A stretch of DNA of 61,836 nt, filler included. It is 4 parts of 4 records of this genome, joined end to end, with 100 filler letters (N's around TTAATTAATTAA, not from the genome) between each part and the next. Parts side by side here need not be neighbours in the genome. Positions count along the whole stretch, not along the records: positions 55,547 to 61,836 come from DRR378314_1437; 3 more parts are not named here. One strand, given 5' to 3'. The notes beneath the pieces were generated by a model that saw only the letters and a list, made by a program, of their open reading frames with translations, ran no database searches and had not been told where the DNA came from. The translations under genes and the position numbers were made by a program. Below are positions 57,998-61,836 of the stretch, in pieces. Numbering within the stretch: position 1 is the first letter of the stretch; every line of letters starts with the position of its first letter.

Positions 57998-59020
57998 TCA
58001 GGCGAGTTTGACCACCTGCTTGCCGGTGTTGCCGCCCTTCAGCATTGACATGAAGGCATCGGGGGCATTCTCCAGCCCCTCAGCCACGTCTTCCATAAAT
58101 TTTACCTGACCGGAGTCCACCATCGGGCCGACCTCCTGCAGGAAGGCGGGGTATTGGTCAAAGTGATTGGCGATAATGAAGCCGTTGATCGACAGATGCT
58201 TCACCAGCACCGTGCGCCAGATTCCCGGCCCACTGAGTTGCGTGTCCGCAGCGCCATCATACCAGGCGATCATGCCGCACAGCGGGATGCGGCCAAAGCG
58301 GTTCATCAGGGGCAGGACCGCTTCCAACACCTTGCCGCCGACATTTTCAAAGTAGATATCAATCCCGTCCGGGCAGATCTCGGTGAGGGCCGCCTGCAGC
58401 TCCTGCGCCGTGTCATAGGCGCGGTGGTCAAGGCAGGCATCAAAGCCGAACGTCCTGGTGGCCAGGGCGCATTTCTCGCCGCCCCCCGCAATGCCGACGA
58501 CGCGCAACCCGGCGGCCTTGGCCAACTGTCCCACCATGGAGCCGACAGGGCCGGTGGCCGCTGCCACGACCAATGTCTCGCCCGCCTTGGGGCGGCCATG
58601 AACGTTCAAGCCATGCCACCCGGTAAACCCCGGCATGCCCAGGGCACCCAGTGCCAGCGAGGTCGGCGTCAGGGAAGCGTCGAGTTTTTGCAGCTCATCA
58701 CCGGGCACAGCCGCATGTGACGCCCAGCCGAACATGCCCAGGACCTTGTCTCCTGGCGTCAGATCGGGATGGTTCGAGATCAGCACTTCGCCCACCGCGC
58801 CGCCTTCCATTTGCGCGCCGACCGCGACTGGGGCCGCATAGGATTTGGCATCGTCCATCCGCCCGCGCATATAGGGGTCGAGGGACATATACTCCGCTTT
58901 TACAAGAACTTCGCCCTTGCCCGGTGTCGGGATGTCCAGGCTCTCAAGGCGAAAGTTCTCAGGGGTGGGCGCGCCGTTGGGGCGGCTGGCGAGTACGATC
59001 CGTTGCATCTGGTCGGTCAT
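57998..59020 (-). CDS. NADP-dependent oxidoreductase (CurA/YncB, PTGR-like MDR)
   Basis: LASRP.G, SLDPYMRGRM, LGMPGFT, AAATGPVG, YFENVGG; RBS AGGAGG. Confidence 0.9.
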   Translation of the reverse strand: MTDQMQRIVLASRPNGAPTPENFRLESLDIPTPGKGEVLVKAEYMSLDPYMRGRMDDAKSYAAPVAVGAQMEGGAVGEVLISNHPDLTPGDKVLGMFGWASHAAVPGDELQKLDASLTPTSLALGALGMPGFTGWHGLNVHGRPKAGETLVVAAATGPVGSMVGQLAKAAGLRVVGIAGGGEKCALATRTFGFDACLDHRAYDTAQELQAALTEICPDGIDIYFENVGGKVLEAVLPLMNRFGRIPLCGMIAWYDGAADTQLSGPGIWRTVLVKHLSINGFIIANHFDQYPAFLQEVGPMVDSGQVKFMEDVAEGLENAPDAFMSMLKGGNTGKQVVKLA

Positions 59021-59077
59021 GTGGGGTGTCCTCCTATCGAGATGAATGGGGCAAGTGGGCTGCATCCTGTTTGCATG

Positions 59078-59099
59078 AACTGAACTAGTCAGTTCAGTT
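59078..59099. promoter_or_regulatory. Palindromic operator upstream of the oxidoreductase
   Basis: AACTGAACT-AGTC-AGTTCAGTT, perfect 9-bp arms. Confidence 0.65.
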
Positions 59100-59237
59100 G
59101 GGGGCGACAACCCCCTCTCCGTTTACCACGAGGTCGACAGATCCCGATGGGGGCAGGTTTCGCCCTTGGCAAGCGGGCGCGAGGCGTGTATGGGCACCCT
59201 TTGACCGACATCTCCCCCCGCAAGGACAGCTCGTACA

Positions 59238-60023
59238 ATGATTGGTAGCGCAAATCTCAACGTGATGATCAAGGCCGCTCGCAAGGCAGGCCGCTCCCTG
59301 GTGAAAGATTTCCGCGAGGTCGAAAACCTGCAGGTCTCTACCAAAGGGGCCGGGGATTTCGTGAGCCGCGCCGATATCGCCGCCGAGAAGATCCTGAAAG
59401 ATGAGCTGATGGGCGCGCGCCCGACCTATGGCTGGTTGGCCGAAGAAGGCGGCGAAGAACCCGGCGAGGATCCGACCCGTCGCTGGATCGTCGACCCGCT
59501 GGACGGCACCACCAACTTCCTGCACGGTCTGCCCCATTGGGCGGTGTCCATTGCGTTGGAACACAAGGGCAAGATCGTTGCGGGCGTGGTTTATGACGCG
59601 GCCAAGGACGAGATGTTCTTTGCCGAAAAGGGCGCAGGCGCCTGGATGAACGAAACCCGCATGCGTGTCTCTGCACGTCACCGCATGATCGAGTCGATCT
59701 TTGCCACCGGGTTGCCGTTTGCCGGTCGTGCCGACCTGCCGGAAACCCTGAAAGATCTGGCGCGTTTGATGCCGGCCTGTGCCGGTGTGCGTCGCTGGGG
59801 GGCTGCCGCCCTCGACATGGCCTATGTGGCTGCCGGACGGTATGAGGGCTACTGGGAACGTCGCCTGAACGCCTGGGACGTTGCCGCAGGGATCATTATC
59901 GTCAAGGAAGCAGGTGGTCTGTGCGAAGGGCTCGACCCCGAGGCCTCCATCATCGAGAGCGGGAATGTGATCTGCTCCAACGAGCCTATCTTTGAGAACT
60001 TTGCCAAGGTTATCCGGGGCTGA
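59238..60023 (+). CDS. suhB: Inositol monophosphatase family protein
   Basis: WIVDPLDGTTNF, RRWGAAALD, WDVAAG. Confidence 0.92.
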   Translation: MIGSANLNVMIKAARKAGRSLVKDFREVENLQVSTKGAGDFVSRADIAAEKILKDELMGARPTYGWLAEEGGEEPGEDPTRRWIVDPLDGTTNFLHGLPHWAVSIALEHKGKIVAGVVYDAAKDEMFFAEKGAGAWMNETRMRVSARHRMIESIFATGLPFAGRADLPETLKDLARLMPACAGVRRWGAAALDMAYVAAGRYEGYWERRLNAWDVAAGIIIVKEAGGLCEGLDPEASIIESGNVICSNEPIFENFAKVIRG

Positions 60024-60088
60024 TCGAGCCCGGGACATACGCATCGGTTTCGGGGGAGACCCCGGTGCCATCCAAATGAACTGATCTG

Positions 60089-60128
60089 ACACCCCGGCGG
60101 CGCTCCTGCCTCGGGGTGTTTTTTGTTT
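60089..60128 (+). terminator. Terminator after suhB
   Basis: ACACCCCG...CGGGGTGT followed by T-run. Confidence 0.8.
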
Positions 60129-60169
60129 CGGACGATCATGGCGACCGGGGCATTTGCCTCAGATCCGGC

Positions 60170-60466
60170 TCAGGCTTCGATGAACTCGTAATGTTTGATC
60201 GATCTGAACTGGACGAGATCTGCCTCGGCCGGGTCGATATGCGGGCTGTCGTAATCCTCGCCGACAAAGTCCTTGAGCGCATCGAGGCTCTCCCAGACCA
60301 TGACAAGGCTGAAGTCCCGCGGACTGTCGTTGCGCGCGGCGCCGGGGAATACCGAGATGACGCCCTTGGTGGCTTTCATCATGGGGATCGCGGTGCGGTG
60401 AAAGAATTCGGCAAACTCGCCTTCCTTCCCCGGATGGGTGATAACTTGAAAAATGCGCATGATCAT
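60170..60466 (-). CDS. ABM (antibiotic biosynthesis monooxygenase)-like protein
   Basis: 98 aa, PGKEGEF, VMVWESLDAL; RBS GGAGG. Confidence 0.75.
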   Translation of the reverse strand: MIMRIFQVITHPGKEGEFAEFFHRTAIPMMKATKGVISVFPGAARNDSPRDFSLVMVWESLDALKDFVGEDYDSPHIDPAEADLVQFRSIKHYEFIEA

Positions 60467-60636
60467 GGCGAGGCCTCCCTGAAGTGAACGGGCGTCCTGA
60501 CGTATGTCTGCCTCTGCGTTTCTACGGCTTGTCAGCTAAGGTAGCATAAAAGCGGGCTGTGGTCGCCATCTGACGCAAGTGTTCGGGCGGCATCATTCAG
60601 AGGGCAAGGGAGGATGGGTGCGCTCGGAACCTGAGC

Positions 60637-61014
60637 TTAGCGGTCGGCCGGGTGGTTGACGCCGTCGGTCCAGGGAATGTCGCCAAAGCTGTCGGCATGG
60701 GTACGCGGGTTGCCGCCCTCGATACAGCCGAGGTTGACGCCGCATTGCGCCGGGTCAGAGCGCCGTTGGTGATAGACATAGATGCCGCAGATCTTGCAGA
60801 AATAGTGCTTTGCGGTGTGGCTGCCCCATGTGTAGCAGCTGAGCGCCTCGCTCCCGCGCAGCATCTTGAGGCTCTGCGTGAGGGCGGTCACCGCAGGGGC
60901 GCCGCGGCGCAGGCAGAAGGAACAGTCGCACCGGCTGGCGGAGGTCAGCCCGTCCGGGAAGTCGGCGCTGATTTCAACGGCCCCGCAATGGCAGGTGGCG
61001 TGGCGGGTTTCCAT
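60637..61014 (-). CDS. GFA/CENP-V family Zn protein
   Basis: CHCG, CDCSFC, FCKICG; RBS AAGGAG before ATG 61014. Confidence 0.9.
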   Translation of the reverse strand: METRHATCHCGAVEISADFPDGLTSASRCDCSFCLRRGAPAVTALTQSLKMLRGSEALSCYTWGSHTAKHYFCKICGIYVYHQRRSDPAQCGVNLGCIEGGNPRTHADSFGDIPWTDGVNHPADR

Positions 61015-61025
61015 ATCCGTCTCCT

Positions 61026-61796
61026 TCACTTGCCCCAGGGGCCGGGACGGCGGGCTGGGGTGTGGCGCGGGATGCGTGGAATGCGGCTGGTGCTGTAGGT
61101 CGTTTCCGGGTGCGGCGGCTGACCGTCTGTGCGGGTCCAGAACCTTGGGCCGCCGCGCTTGATCCAGAGCGGCACCGTCAGCGCCAGCCCGATGAAGAAG
61201 CCCCCCGCATGGGCCCAATATGCGACGCCGCCCAGATTGGGATCGGCGTTGAGGCCACCGAGGAACTGCATGCCAAGCCAGAGACCCAGCATGATGAAGG
61301 CGGGCACGGGAATGATGCGGAAGAAAATGATCAGTATGATCAGGATATCCACCCGCGCCTTCGGGAACATCAAGAGGTAGCCGCCCATGACACCGGCGAT
61401 GGCACCGGAGGCTCCCACCAGCGGCACCAGTGACTGCGGCGCCGACACCACATGCGCCAGTGTCGCGCCGACACCAGACAGCAGGTAGAACAGAAGGAAG
61501 GGCAGGTGGCCCATCTCGTCCTCCATATTGTCGCCGAAGATCCACAGGAACAGCATGTTGCCCGCCAGATGCAGAATGCCGCCGTGGATGAACATTGACG
61601 TCACCAGCGTCAGCGGCGCCTCTCCCATCATGATCTCTCGCGGGACCGTGGCGAAGGCACTGTAAAAGAGCGCAAGGCTGCGATCTGTCGAAAAACTGGT
61701 GGAGTACCACAGATACCCAAGGATGTTGGCCGCCATCAGAAGATAAACGACATAGGGCGTGCGGCCGGATGGGTTGTGATCGCGCAGTGGAAACAT
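61026..61796 (-). CDS. Rhomboid intramembrane serine protease
   Basis: HGGILHLAGNM, GASGA, AYWAHAGGF. Confidence 0.93.
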   Translation of the reverse strand: MFPLRDHNPSGRTPYVVYLLMAANILGYLWYSTSFSTDRSLALFYSAFATVPREIMMGEAPLTLVTSMFIHGGILHLAGNMLFLWIFGDNMEDEMGHLPFLLFYLLSGVGATLAHVVSAPQSLVPLVGASGAIAGVMGGYLLMFPKARVDILIILIIFFRIIPVPAFIMLGLWLGMQFLGGLNADPNLGGVAYWAHAGGFFIGLALTVPLWIKRGGPRFWTRTDGQPPHPETTYSTSRIPRIPRHTPARRPGPWGK

Positions 61797-61836
61797 GCGC
61801 AGACGCTGGGCCGAGGCCGCGCCGAGGTCAAGGCGA

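Noticed and set aside
60637-61710. 357-aa ORF as a rhomboid-GFA fusion or frameshift product
   Set aside because: The upstream part is an off-frame overlap with the intact rhomboid gene; GFA has its own RBS and ATG at 61014.

Overview
This is not one continuous locus. Four unrelated contig fragments are joined by 100-nt N-spacers containing TTAATTAATTAA (29903-30002, 41972-42071, 55447-55546). Taxonomic labels below are inferred from protein style and composition only. (1) 1-29902, Idiomarina/Alteromonadales-like: partial tRNA-Val(GAC), then a sigma54-controlled catabolic cluster (porin | Fe-ADH, unknown permease, PAS-AAA+ activator, GabD-like dehydrogenase, secreted cyclase-family hydrolase). 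It continues with EamA, dbpA, signal-peptide katG, TonB receptor + M14 peptidase, BCCT + cNMP-CBS-DUF294 nucleotidyltransferase + DEDDh exonuclease, a NIT-domain MCP, prpF and acnD. (2) 30003-41971, Flavobacteriaceae-like: fadH, a SigA-type sigma, an EHP-repeat lipoprotein facing a transglutaminase-domain lipoprotein, an ADH remnant, an M13 peptidase and a beta-propeller/TSP3-repeat protein. (3) 42072-55446, Halomonas-like: etfA, Mn-sodA, nrdHIEF, Nudix, a Fur-boxed TtpBC-ExbBD-TonB-TPR operon, xthA, rhlB. (4) 55547-61836, Roseobacter-group-like: PaaI thioesterase, metF/metR, oxidoreductase, suhB, ABM, GFA, rhomboid. The best candidate for an undescribed system is the 1098-8982 cluster, a possible periplasmic ring-opening (lactone/lactam) pathway whose bidirectional sigma54 enhancer can be read directly from the sequence. 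Second is the BCCT-linked nucleotidyltransferase/exonuclease module. No CRISPR array, integrase or transposase was seen.
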